DNA of 51,475 bases from Octopus bimaculoides (lineage: Eukaryota), in NCBI RefSeq assembly GCF_001194135.2, contig NC_068988.1:76458541-76510015 (forward strand). The letters are read 5' to 3'. The notes beneath the pieces were generated by a model. That model saw nothing but the letters and a program-made list of their open reading frames with translations, ran no database searches and was not told where the DNA came from. Each line of letters starts with the position of its first letter. Position 1 is the first letter of the stretch. Positions 26,050 to 38,581 of the stretch are shown piece after piece. The position numbers were made by a program, and so were the translations under genes.

Positions 26050-27540
26050 CAACAGAGTGCCCTACTCTGTGATATGGTGATCTCTGAGGAAGCTAGGGAT
26101 AAACAAATGGCTTGTGAAAGCCATACAAGCCATGTACATGAGTGCTGTTAGTAAGGTAAGAATTGGTCATGGCTACACTGATGAATTTAGTGTGCAGGTA
26201 GGTGTCTATCAAGGGTCGGTCCTCAGCCCCCCTCCTATTCATTATCATCCTCCAGGCCATAACAGAGGAATTTAAGACTGGAAGCCCAGGGGAACTCCTA
26301 TATGCTGATGATCTTGCCCTCATAGCAGCATCTGTAACATAATTAGAAAAGAAATTCCATGTATGGAAACAGAACCTGTAATATAAGGGTCTTAAAGTAA
26401 ACTTAGCAAAGATCAAGGTCCTACCAAGCAAGAAATTGGATAGGACCCTTCACTCATCAGGTAAATGGCCATGCCTGATATGTAGGAAGGGTGTAGGCCA
26501 AAATTCTATTCAGTGTATCCAGGGCAAGCTATGGACACAAAGAGGTGCACTGGAATAGTGGGAACATTAACAGAGAAAGTAGTGTTTGTATGTGAAAAAT
26601 GTATGGGAGCCATTAAGACTACAGATACACAGGGAACTGATTTCCTTAAATATTCTGGAGGCTCTCTGGAAGTTGTAGATAATGTTTGCTTCTTAGGTGA
26701 CCTAATTAGCAGTGGAGGAGGTTGTACAGAAAGTGTAATTGCTAGAATAAGAATAGGATGGAGAAATTTCAGAAAACTTTTACCTCTGTTGACAACTTTT
26801 ACCTCTGTATCTCTTTCTGACTGAAGGGAAGATTGTACGATGCATGTGTACAAACAACGGTGCTCCATGGTAGTGAGACATAATCCCTAAATGTGGAGGA
26901 TATGCGAGGGATGGAGAGGAACAAAGCTGGTATGCTCTGCTGAATGTGTGATGTCAGTGTGCATGTGTGACAGAGCATTGGTGTATTGAGGGTGAAGTTG
27001 GACATAAGAGGAATTATATACAGAGTCCAAGAGAGGCACAAAGCTTAGTGGTTAGGGTGTTTGGTTTATGATCCTAAGGTCATGAGTTCAATTCCTGGCA
27101 ACACATTGTGTCCCTGAGCAAGACACTTTATTTCATGTTGTTCCAGTTCACTCAGCTGGCAAAAATGAATAGTACTTGTATTTCAAAGGACCAGTCTTGT
27201 CACACTCTGTGTCATGCTGAATCTCCCTGAGATCTACGTTAAGAGTACATATGTTTGTAGATTGCTCAGCCACCTACACGTTAATTTCCTGAATAGGCTG
27301 TAACCGACAGAGTGCCAGTGCAAGAGAGGAGGTTGTACTGGTTTGGTCATGTGATGACATGGGATGAAGTTCTGAAGGCCAATCTCAAAACACTGAACCT
27401 TACAAAGGAGATGACAGAGGACTGAGATATGTAGCGCATTGCTGTACTTGAGAAGACCCACTCACCACAACAGAATTGAGATCCTAAAACCAAGGTGTGA
27501 CATATAAAGTACTGATGCTGGTGCCACTTAAAAAGCTCTG
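26050..27540 (+). mobile_element. RTE LINE fragment (RT + 3' end), interrupted by a SINE
   Basis: GVYQGSVLSPLLF..LLYADDLAL..GLKVNLAKIKVL; VLHGSET. Confidence 0.85.
27030..27300 (+). mobile_element. tRNA-derived SINE, second family
   Basis: gcttagtggttagggtg...gagttcaattcctgg. Homologous to 2880. Confidence 0.75.
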
Positions 27541-27544
27541 TGAT

Positions 27545-27670
27545 AGTACCTGAAAGGATGGAAGGCAAAGTTAACCTCAGAGGAATTTGAACTCAGAGGG
27601 AAAAGATGGACAAAATACTGCTGTGCATTTTGTCCAGCATCCAAATAATTCTGCCAGGTCCCCACCTTAC
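27545..27670 (-). mobile_element. Meta-like SINE fragment
   Basis: gaaaggatggaaggcaaagttaacctcagaggaatttgaactcag. Confidence 0.6.
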
Positions 27671-28959
27671 TGTAATAAAAATAAGAAATTATAAGTTATT
27701 TAATATCATTCATAGTCAAAACTTATGTTTTAGTAAATAAGGAATTGCTAGTTGTTAATGTTGAAACTATCAATAAGTTTAGAAAGTTTATGTTTAGAGT
27801 GCATAACAAATGTGAATATATGTGCACACATATACTTACTCATATATGTACATACATGCATATCTATGTACATACACACATACATATACACACATGCACG
27901 TGCATGCACACGCATATACATACACACACACACACACATAAATATATATATATAGTTAGAACTGAGAAGAATGAGGCTAAATATTGTAATTGTATCCTGT
28001 ACCCCACCATTTCTGCCATCTCACCACATTATACAGAAATGCACAAATTCGACTCATAGCAGGAAATTAACAAGGGTCTGTCAGATCTTCAGGCTAATGT
28101 TCTCCCAACTCATTTATTTCAGGGATATGAGATCATAGTGGCACATTCAACATCACAGTGGGATTCGCAAGAGAGGAGACTTGGCTTTAACTTTAGAAGA
28201 CAAATCAACTTAATAACAGGAGATAGCTCTTCTCTCTTTAACTAAAAAAAACACAAAAATACCAATAGCTATTTTATTATTTAGTTTTTGTCAATCAGCA
28301 TTCAATGATTCTAAATCTCTCAATCTCTCATTGTTTTTTTTTTTCATCTTATAAACTAACAAAACTGTTTATAACAAAAGTAGGTTTTTAATCATTCCAG
28401 TTATACTATTGTCAGTGGTTGTAATGGGAAGGAACTTCAGCACACAATAAATACAATCATGTTAAATGATCAGCAGCAAGGTTATCTTTGATCTATATAA
28501 ATGTTTTGTCCATTAGCAAGGATCAGGGATATTGCTTTGAGAATATTTCTCTTCTGAGTGTATTCTGTATTGTTCAAACATCCTGTCCACATGAAAGATT
28601 TTACTAATCAGCATCAATGAACTATTATCATCTCCAAGGTTATATTTTTTTTATCAAAGCAAAGAGACAAGAAATAGCTCCATTGATTAGCCTGGGTATA
28701 CAAGCAAAAATGTCCTAAACACTGCTTGTACTCACATACACAAAGACACACATACTTACATAGATACACAACACTAACACACACTCACATACAGACACAC
28801 ACACACACACGTGCGTGCGCACGCATGCACACACACACAAACACTCACACACACATGCTCTCTCTCTCTCTCTTTCTCTCTCACTCACTCACACATACAT
28901 ACTCACACACTCATAAATATATTTGTATATGTATAACTAAACTGGCACTATGTTGCTTA

Positions 28960-29270
28960 TGACAATGAGGGCTCCAGTTGATCTGATCAATGGAACAGCT
29001 TGCTCGTGAGATTAACGTGCATGTGGCTAAACACTCCAAAGACACATGTACCCTTAATGTAGTTCTTAGGGAGATACAGCATGACACAGAATGTGAAAAG
29101 ACTGGCCCTATGAAATACAGGTACTATTCATTTTTGCCAGCTGAGTGGACTGGAGCAACAGGAAAAGAGATGAGTTGCTCAAGGATACAATGTGTCACTG
29201 GGAATGGAACTCATGACTTTATGATTGTGAGCTAAATACCCTAACAACTAAGCCACATGCCTTCACTATG
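28960..29270 (-). mobile_element. tRNA-derived SINE, second family
   Basis: Homologous to 2880 and 27030. Confidence 0.75.
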
Positions 29271-29282
29271 TATATGTATATA

Positions 29283-30138
29283 CAAAGAGGTACCCAAAAG
29301 TAACCTGAAACATTCTCTGTGAGACAAGCTTATTGTAATTCAGGCTTCCACTGCTACAGGCCACTTGATGTGATGCTCAAGCATCGGTATGCCAACCAGC
29401 AGTGTCGAGTATAGTTCTACTGTCACATGGTGCTTCTTTGCTTTACAGTGTTTCTCCCTTGTTTGTCAATTTTTGTGATGGTTGAAATGAAGGAACAGCA
29501 TGCTTCCATGAAATTCTGTTCTCTGTTGAGGAAAATGACCACCTAACAGTTGTCATGCTTCAAACAGCTTACAAGGATGCTGTCATTAGCAAAATAGAAG
29601 TTTATGAGTGGAATGGTCACTTGTTGCTTGAAGACCAACCTCATTCAGGGTGACTCTTGACCTCCTGAACAAATGAAAACAAGATGAAAATTCATGAGCT
29701 GATCTTGGAGGACCATCACCGAACACTTGATGAACTTGGTATGACTGGTGTGTCCTGGAGCTCTTGCTAACAAGCTTTGAGTGAGGAATTGTGAATGGAA
29801 AGAGTTTGTGCCTTGCTTGCTCATGGAAGATCAAAAGTGATCACAACTGAATGCATGTCATGAAATGAAAGAACAGCTGGTAATTGATCCAGACCTTTTT
29901 CTGAAGACAAAAGCTGGTGCTACAGAATTTTCAAATGTGGAAGAGGTGAAAAACCACAGAGGCATTAAAAGGTATCACTTTGCAAGAGTTTCATCACTGC
30001 TTCAAACAATGGAAAATGCATCTGGATCAATGCATTACTTCAAATGGAGAATACTTTGAAGGCGATATAAGTGTAAACATGTAAAGCTAAGCGAATAAAA
30101 TAATATTGCAAAATTCCGGTTTCTTTAGGGCACCCCCT
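29283..30138 (+). mobile_element. Internally deleted mariner (same family as 21437-22505)
   Basis: TIR-like ends gaggtacccaaaagtaacc / ccggtttctttagggcacccc. Remnants MVEMKEQHASMKFC, LLEDQPHSG, W..C....G.YFEGD. Confidence 0.75.
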
Positions 30139-30217
30139 TAAACATACAACATTGTGCTTTGTCCTTGCTCTTCAATTTATCTACTTCATCATAACCATCG
30201 CCACTACTGTCTATACA

Positions 30218-30281
30218 GCTTCTTCTTCTTCTTCTTCTTCTTCTTCTTCTTCTTCTTCTTCGTCTTCTTCTTCTTCTTCTT

Positions 30282-30354
<73 letters not shown>

Positions 30355-30600
30355 AAGCATTAATTACATTATTAATCCACATAAATATCCATATTATTGC
30401 AGGCAACAAGCTAGTTTCAACATCATATAAATCGTCATCATTATCGTCTTCATCCGCCTCCTCCTCCTCATCATCATCATCATCATCGTAAACATCATTG
30501 TTATCATAGTCATCATCTTCCTAATCTTTGGAATTAGCCACCCCCTCCTCTTCCTCATCCTCATCCACATCATCATCATCATTGTCATTGATGATTGTTG
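30218..30600. repeat. Compound (CTT)n-(CTA)n and degenerate (ATC)n microsatellites
   Basis: Direct reading. Accounts for the poly-S/T/Y/R ORFs here. Confidence 0.9.
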
Positions 30601-31373
30601 TCATTGCTGTCATCCTCTTTCTCCACTTCATAATCATCAATTTTTATGTCATTTCCCCTATCCTTGCATGGGTGGAACGGATCTTCTTTAGGAACAAATC
30701 ATCTCACAAATTGTTACAGTCCTTTTTCATCTTTTTTTAGGAGGTTCAATATATCAAGTTCAGCTTTCACTACTTCATCCCACATTTTTCTTGGCCTTCC
30801 TTTTTCACTCTGTCTTCTACTTCTTTATGCAAACTTCACCTTCTGTATACATTAGGTGTTCATGCCAGTGTAGCCTTTTCTACTTCATACAACAGATGGT
30901 CTTTTTATAGGTAGCTTCTTTTTTCTCTTTCAGATCATGTAGTTGTTTTTGTTGTAATTGCTATTAGTGATGTTGGTATTATTGTTTACTGTTAGATAGA
31001 TGGCAATTCAGTTATCCACGTCTTTAATTTTGGTATATAATAAGATATAACAAACCAGAAATGCATCTCAGGTCCAATGAAGAGTGCCACTTAGCTGATA
31101 ATGGTGTGTTTACACCTTTACCATACACGAGAATATTTTTAATTTATGTAAACTGTAGTGAAATTGCTATTAGAAGTTAAAATATGTCACAAACGTATCT
31201 GAAGTGCCCTAAACTTTGTTTATTTCACATCTCTGCTTTCCACTACTATTTATATATATGTNNNNNNNNNNNNNNNNNNNNNNNNNNNNNNNNNNNNNNN
31301 NNNNNNNNNNNNNNNNNNNNNNNNNNNNNNNNNNNNNNNNNNNNNNNNNNNNNNNNNNNNNNNNNNNNNNNNN

Positions 31374-31410
31374 TGGATGGATGGATGGATGGATGGATGG
31401 ATGGATGGAT

Positions 31411-31486
<76 letters not shown>

Positions 31487-31517
31487 ATATATGTATGTGT
31501 GTGTGTGTGTGTGTGTA
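31374..31517. repeat. (TGGA)n-(TA)n-(TG)n microsatellite
   Basis: Direct reading. Confidence 0.9.
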
Positions 31518-32182
31518 AAGTAATAATTTTGATAAGATAGTAACTTTTAGAAATAAGTACAACTCTTGTAAGTTTCTTTCTTTCATTTCTCTGGTCAGAT
31601 TGAGGCATGTTTCAGCTCTGGCTAACTGAAATTAATTAAGGAAATTTCATCTGATTTAACTGGAAGCCAGAGATGTAATGATTTGCATTCGCCATTTACT
31701 GAAGTATATTTCAAGTAATGCAGAAGATACTTACAGATTCCAGTTAATTAGATAACTGAATCAAAATAAATGTGGATAGAAGGTGGAATGTTATCAATAA
31801 ATAATTATAGTAGCATAGCTGTATTGTAATTTGGTCCATTAATTATTGATTAATCTTTGATAGAGATCAGCTATTGATGCCTTAGTATCCAGCACTCATT
31901 CTAAATTTTATTATATATCTTCAGAGTTTCACAAAATTGCAAAGATTTGAGTGTGAAAACTGTAAACAATATTAATGATTTATACCTGTCAACCCAAACA
32001 ATTTCTCTCTGTAATCAATATATTTAGATGAATGCATTACAGTACGATAATGAATTTGAGTCAATACATATCTGTACACATTGACAACTTCAATTTCTAT
32101 TTGTTCACCTTTTCTGAAGTGTTTCACATTTTGCTTTTCTTCATTATATTCGCTGCCCATTTTAGCAAGAAACCTTTTAATC

Positions 32183-32512
32183 ATGTAATATGAAGAGCAA
32201 TCTTCAGCTGCACGAAAATGTAGAAAAAAGACATATTATAAATGTGGCAACATATTAAACCCAAGTGGGAGAGAGCATACATAAAATCCAAATGTGAGGA
32301 AGAATATATAAGTCCATCTTGACATAGCGGGGTCTAGACTTGGATTTAATATGTTGCCACATTTATAATATGTCTTTTTTCTACATTTTCGTGCAGCTGA
32401 AGATTGCTCTTCATATTACATTTAAGGTAATGCTCACATTACTTAAATAAATTGAAGTAGCATGAAACGTGCGTACTGCAATCACTTTTGAAATCCGTGT
32501 TGCTTATTGTTT
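32183..32512 (+). mobile_element. Short PLE-derived unit (family B) with an inverted partial copy in front
   Basis: 32183-32265 is the reverse complement of 32338-32420 (1 mismatch in ~83 bp). Homologous to 42477-42710. Confidence 0.7.
32392..32480 (+). ncRNA. Type I hammerhead ribozyme B1
   Basis: tgcag-CTGAAGA-long stem II-GAAAC-gtgc-GTA-ctgca. Perfect 5-bp stem I. Predicted cleavage after 32475. Confidence 0.85.
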
Positions 32513-32532
32513 GATATATATATATGTATATA

Positions 32533-32909
32533 TATATAAATTATAAATATTATTGGGATACAATAGTATTATTTTCCAACTAAATAAAGTACCATAAAGG
32601 TAGAGTTACAAATATAAAACAGTGGTGCAACTAGGCACCAATGTTTGCTGGAAATAGCAGTCGATAACATCACAACACTATATAAAGCTTCACTGAATAT
32701 AGACTGGCAAAGATGTGTGCGGGTAACGAATATAAAAAATTTTGCCAGTGAAGCTTTACATAGCATCGTACTGTTAGCAACTGCTATTTCCAGCAAACAT
32801 TAGTGCCTTGTTGTACCACTATTTTATATTTGTAATTTTACCTTTATGTGCTTTATTTAGCTGGAAGATAATACTATTGTATCCCAATAATATTTATAAT
32901 TTTTATATA
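32533..32909. mobile_element. Foldback/MITE-like near-complete palindrome in (TA)n
   Basis: Arms of ~135 bp (tatataaattataaatattattgggatac... / ...gtatcccaataatatttataattttata), plus inner IRs aaagcttcact/agtgaagcttt and actggcaaa/tttgccagt. Confidence 0.75.
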
Positions 32910-33244
32910 AAACTTTTTACTGATTTCAGTTCTATTTATGGCTAGGCATTCAACAGAATATACCACTATGCAGTCAATTTCCTCTTCATCACGCAGTATT
33001 TTCCATCTAACTGGTGTCGTTGAAATACATCAATATTGTGTGACCTTTCTTGACCAATCACAAACTAATGTCCAGTGATAATCATTGACTCTCTTTAATC
33101 AAACTTTCATTCAGGCTCCAATGGCTGAAGACTAGTCACATGCTTGAAACCCAGAGTACCAAGGATTCTGAATCAAACTGTTTTGATCTATACATGTAAC
33201 TCCCAACAAATGTGTTGAGTGCCCTTCTTTCATTTGTTTAAGCA

Positions 33245-33287
<43 letters not shown>

Positions 33288-33625
33288 CATTGGCTGTGTG
33301 GTAAGATGTTTACTTCCCAACTACAAGGTTCCAGCTTCAGTCACACTGCATGGCACCTTGGGCAAGTGCCTTCTACTACAGCCTTGGGCCAACCAAAGCC
33401 TTGTGAGTGGATTTGGAAGATGGAAGCTGGAAGAAGTCCATCATATATATGTGTGTGTGTGTATTTGTCCCCCCACCCACCATCACTTGATGACCTATGC
33501 TGGCGTGTTTATGTCACCAACAAAAGTGATAAATAGGATAAGTACTGGGCTTACAAAGAATAAATACTAGGGTCAATTTCTTCGACTATCACACAGTTAG
33601 ATGACTAAAGCAAGTGAAAAAGAAT
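33288..33625 (+). mobile_element. tRNA-derived CORE-like SINE
   Basis: ggctgtgtggtaag...gcaccttgggcaagtg...gtgagtggatttgg...tail gactaaagcaagtgaaaaagaa. Confidence 0.7.
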
Positions 33626-33664
33626 ATATATACAAGAGTTAAGGAATGAAGTAGATAAGATCCA

Positions 33665-33748
33665 GGCTACATATGTTTCATAATGAGCAGAACCTTGGAA
33701 GTGGTAAATATCCAACCAAGGTGTATACTGCAGAATATTCTTCAGGTC
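33665..33748 (-). ncRNA. Type I hammerhead ribozyme D2
   Basis: Minus strand gac-CTGAAGA-stem II-GAAAC-atat-GTA-gcc. Confidence 0.75.
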
Positions 33749-33820
33749 AATGATACCTTGATTAAATTAAAGTTTACATTGTTGCAAGGTTGTACATATT
33801 TACATATGGGAGATAACTTT

Positions 33821-33906
33821 GGCCTGAAGAGTAGCCTGTAGTATATACACCTCGTTTGGATATTTATCACTTCCGAGGTTCCGCTCACTGTGAAACATCT
33901 GTAGCC
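33821..33906 (+). ncRNA. Type I hammerhead ribozyme D1
   Basis: ggc-CTGAAGA-stem II (gtag/ctgt base; acctcg/cgaggt inner helix)-GAAAC-atct-GTA-gcc. Confidence 0.8.
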
Positions 33907-34149
33907 CGGCTCTTATCTACTCCATTCCTTAACTTTTGTATTCTTATTTGCATACCCAGCAACCCTGGTCACCTACTGTGAAATATAAAAATTACTTTTT
34001 TCAGTTTATTGTAGTTCGAAATGAAAAACTCCACAACCTTTTGTCTCAATAAATCACTATTGTTCCTGAACATTGTTTTTAATATTTACTACGGATTGCT
34101 TGAAGCTAACTTTCTTTCTACACCTTCCTACTGTCTACCTTCCTACTTA

Positions 34150-34255
34150 TTAGGACTTTGGTTTTAGCTAAGTTGACTCTAAGGCCCTTTGATTCTAGTC
34201 CCTGCTTCCACACCTGAATCCTAAGTCCCTGCTTCGACCCTGGATCTTAAATTTA
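34150..34255 (-). mobile_element. Short RTE RT fragment
   Basis: QVWKQGLESKGLRVNLAKTKVL. Confidence 0.75.
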
Positions 34256-34259
34256 TCAG

Positions 34260-35320
34260 CATCATCATCATCATCGTTTAACGTCTGCTTTCCATGCTAG
34301 CATGGGTTGGACGATTTGACTGAGGACTGGTGAACCAGATGGCTACACCAGGCTCCAATCTGATTTGACAGAGTTTCTACAGCTGGATGCCCTTCCTAAC
34401 GCCAACCACTCCGAGAGTGTAGTGGGTGCTCTTACGTGCCACCGGCACGAAGGCCAGTCAGGAGGTACTGGCAACAGCCACGCTCGAAATGATGTATTTT
34501 ACGTGCCACCTGCACAGAAGCCAGTCCAGCGGTACTGGCAACGAACTCGCTCGAATGTCTTTTCACGTGCCACTGGCACAAGTGCCAAGAAGGCGACGTT
34601 AGTAACGATCACGCTCAAATGATGATATTTACGTGCCACCGGCACAGAAGCCAGACAGCTGGTGCTCTGGCAATGATCACGTTCGGACGGTGCTCTTAGT
34701 GATCTACTGGTACAGGTGCCATCACGATTTCGCTTTCGCTTGCCCCAACAGGTCTTCGCAAGCCGAGTTTAGTGTTCAATGAAGTAATGTTACGCGGAAG
34801 TCGGCTGACCACATCCCTGGCAGAGGCCTTGGATTTTGATTTCACTTCGCTTGCCGGGTCTTCTCACGCACAGCATATTTCCAAAGGTCTCGGTCAGAAG
34901 TCATTGCCTCGGTGAGGCCTAATGTTCGGAGGTCGTACTTCACCACCTCAGCCCAGGTCTTCCAGGGCCTGCCTCTACCACGGGTTCCTTCAACCGTTAG
35001 GGTGTGGCACTTTTTCACACAGCTATCCTCATCCATTCTCGCCACATGTCCATACCAGCGCAATCATCTCTCTTACACACCACAACTGATGCTTCTTAGG
35101 TTCAACTTTTCTCTCAAGATACTTACACTCTGTCGGGTATGCACACTGACATTACTCATCCATCGGAGCATACTGGCTTCATTCCTTGCGAGCTTACGCA
35201 TGTCCTCAGCAGTCATGGCCCATGTTTCACTGCCATGTAGCATGGCCGTTCGTACACATGCGTCATACAGTCTGCCTTTTACTCTGAGTGAGAGGCCCTT
35301 TGTCGCCAGCAGAGGTAAGN
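34260..35320 (-). mobile_element. RTE LINE 3' portion, relatively young (runs into a gap)
   Basis: KGRLYDACVRTAMLHGSETW..RWYGHVARM..RGRGRPWKTW. 3' UTR repeats and (TGA)n tail. Confidence 0.9.
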
Positions 35321-36148
35321 NNNNNNNNNNNNNNNNNNNNNNNNNNNNNNNNNNNNNNNNNNNNNNNNNNNNNNNNNNNNNNNNNNNNNNNNNNNNNNNN
35401 NNNNNNNNNNNNNNNNNNNNNNNNNNNNNNNNNNNNNNNNNNNNNNNNNNNNNNNNNNNNNNNNNNNNNNNNNNNNNNNNNNNNNNNNNNNNNNNNNNNN
35501 NNNNNNNNNNNNNNNNNNNNNNNNNNNNNNNNNNNNNNNNNNNNNNNNNNNNNNNNNNNNNNNNNNNNNNNNNNNNNNNNNNNNNNNNNNNNNNNNNNNN
35601 NNNNNNNNNNNNNNNNNNNNNNNNNNNNNNNNNNNNNNNNNNNNNNNNNNNNNNNNNNNNNNNNNNNNNNNNNNNNNNNNNNNNNNNNNNNNNNNNNNNN
35701 NNNNNNNNNNNNNNNNNNNNNNNNNNNNNNNNNNNNNNNNNNNNNNNNNNNNNNNNNNNNNNNNNNNNNNNNNNNNNNNNNNNNNNNNNNNNNNNNNNNN
35801 NNNNNNNNNNNNNNNNNNNNNNNNNNNNNNNNNNNNNNNNNNNNNNNNNNNNNNNNNNNNNNNNNNNNNNNNNNNNNNNNNNNNNNNNNNNNNNNNNNNN
35901 NNNNNNNNNNNNNNNNNNNNNNNNNNNNNNNNNNNNNNNNNNNNNNNNNNNNNNNNNNNNNNNNNNNNNNNNNNNNNNNNNNNNNNNNNNNNNNNNNNNN
36001 NNNNNNNNNNNNNNNNNNNNNNNNNNNNNNNNNNNNNNNNNNNNNNNNNNNNNNNNNNNNNNNNNNNNNNNNNNNNNNNNNNNNNNNNNNNNNNNNNNNN
36101 NNNNNNNNNNNNNNNNNNNNNNNNNNNNNNNNNNNNNNNNNNNNAAGT

Positions 36149-36179
<31 letters not shown>

Positions 36180-36183
<4 letters not shown>

Positions 36184-36830
36184 CGAAGGTTAGAGAAGAA
36201 TGAAACTAGTATGCTCTGCTGGATGTGTAATGTAAGTGTACGTATTCGACAGAGTGCTAGTGTGTTGATAGAGAAGTTAAGTATAAGAGGGATTAGATGC
36301 AGTGTATAAGAGAGAAGACTGCACTGGTTGGTCATATGATGCAGATGGATGCCAACAGCTTCATAAAGAAATGCTGATCTCTCAAAGGTGTTGGAACACA
36401 TGAAAGTGGGAGACCTAGGAAAATATGAGACGAAGTACTGAAGGATGATCTCAGGACACTGAACCTGTCAGATGAGATGGCAAAGGACCAAGCCTGGCAC
36501 CTTGCTATACTCAAGAGGACCCATACTCCACTGCAAAAGTGTTAAGCCCACTCCTCCTGATGAAGAGGATTGGCCTGCAATAGTGTTGGTGCCACATAAA
36601 AAGCACTCATGCTGGTTTTACATTTAAAAATGCTTGTACAGTGCCATGTAAAAGTACCCAGCACACTCTGTAAAGAGGCTGGCATTAGGAATGGTATCCA
36701 GCAATAGGAATCATGCCAAATCAAACTGAAGTCTGGTGCAGCTTTCCTACTTGCCAGCTCTGGTTAAGCCGTCCAACCCACGCCAGCATGGACAACACAC
36801 GTTAAATAATGATGATGATGATAATAATGA
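36180..36830 (+). mobile_element. RTE LINE 3' fragment
   Basis: RRLEKNETSMLCWMCNV..RGIRCSV. Tail ends ...gttaaataatgatgatgatg. Confidence 0.8.
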
Positions 36831-37075
36831 TGGTACATATATATTTTCAATTTCATTTCGGTGTTAACTCAAGAGTTGACTCTATTAAACTCATCAATAT
36901 TTACAGGTGATCAAATATGACTATATCAGGGACTGATTGTTTAACAGATATTTTTGAAAATCCATAAATATCCATAGAATTTATATAATTATTTACAAAG
37001 AAAATAGAATGAGCAAATCATTTTATTACAAATTTACAATTCTTTCATCAATATTTGTTCTCAAGAGTATTGCTT

Positions 37076-38349
37076 TTAGATTGGCAACTAAGTTCCTGCC
37101 GTTTTTGAAAATTTTGGAATTTATTGCGTTTTTAAATTTTAGAATCTATTTTTTTCTGAGAATTCTATTTTTGAATCATTTTGGAATCTATTTTGTTTAT
37201 TTTCTAGTTAATTTTCTAGTTAATTTTTGCTTATTTTCAGATCATTAAAATGGAATGTCAAGTTAAGAAAAACGAGCATTTTCAACACCTTCTTTTTGCT
37301 TTTAATCAAGGTTCTAAGGCCACAAAAGTTGCTCACGACATTTGTGCTGTGTATGGAGAGGGTGCCATAGCTGAATGCCAAGTTCAAAAATGAAAATTTT
37401 GACCTCAAAGATACACCTCGTTCTGGCTGTCCAGTTGAGTTCGATGCAGAGCGATTAAACCAAATTTTGCACGAAAATTCTCGTCAAACAACAAGGGAAC
37501 TGGCAGAGAAAATTAAATGCTCCCACGCTGCTGTAGAGAAGCATTTTCACATGATGGGAAAGTTTCAAAAGTATGGAGCATGGGTTTTGCATGCTTTAAG
37601 TGACAACAACAAAAATCAACGAGCCACAATCTCCGCTGGTTTGCTTGCACGTCACCGCTCAACTCATGGACACAAAAAACGATTTCTTTACTGAATCGTT
37701 ATTAGCAATGAAAAGTGGTACCTGTACATCAATATGAAGCAGTCTAAGAAATAGCTTAGCCCCGGTAAGCAAGTGACACCGCGCGTGAAACAAGATCTTC
37801 ATCCGTGTAAAACGATGTTATGCGTATGGTGGGACTGGGAAGGGATTATCCGTTATGAATTGCTTGAACAGAACCAAACGGTCAACGCGGAACTCTATGT
37901 TCAACAGCTGGAACGACTCAACGCTGCTATTCAAGAGAAAAGACCTAATCGCCAGCATGGAGTTCTTCTGCTGCACGACAACGCCCGCCCTCATATCGCC
38001 AATATGACCAAGAGAGCCATTCAAACGCATGGCTGGGAAGTGCTGCCACACCCGCCGTACTCTCCTGATCTGGCACCAACGGATTTCCACATCTTTCGAT
38101 CTCTTTCAAATGCTATGCGCGGAGTTTCGTTCAGTACTGATGCAGAATCGAGAGCTTGGTTGGATCAATTTTTCGAGTTGAAATCGGGTGATTTCTACAA
38201 ACGAGGTATTGAAAATCTTGTTGAACGTTGGGAAGAAGTTGTAAACAACAAGGGTAAATACATTATTGATTAATTAGTTGTTATTTTTTATTAAACCTTT
38301 TAAAAAATTTAAATTTCAAAAAACGGTCGGAACTTAGTTGCCAAGTTAA
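37076..38349 (+). mobile_element. Mariner (DD34D), near full length, defective
   Basis: TIRs ..ttggcaactaagttc / gaacttagttgccaa. LLHDNARPH, HPPYSPDLAPTDF. Stops and a deletion. Confidence 0.9.
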
Positions 38350-38581
38350 TATATTATTATGCAATATATGCAACAACAGAGGCATACATGATGATCCTGA
38401 AGTATCATTATACAGAGACAATCAAATGTTAACTCTTCAGAGTTATGTATAAAATTCATTTGCTATCAAATGGATCAAAGAATTGATTTTTCCATTGTAT
38501 CAGTATAAATATACATCAGGAATCTGTAACTGCATGTATTATAATATAGCAATAATATAGCAATACTCTTGAGATTAATTA

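Noticed and set aside
28040-28095. CTGAAGA on the minus strand
   Set aside because: No GAAA, stem III or stem I partner.
27990-28260. Strong minus-strand splice acceptor at 28241
   Set aside because: All three frames hit stops and there is no clear donor, so an exon cannot be supported.
31735-31755. 21-nt minus-strand micro-exon (CAG...GTAAGT)
   Set aside because: Too short to separate from chance without RNA data.
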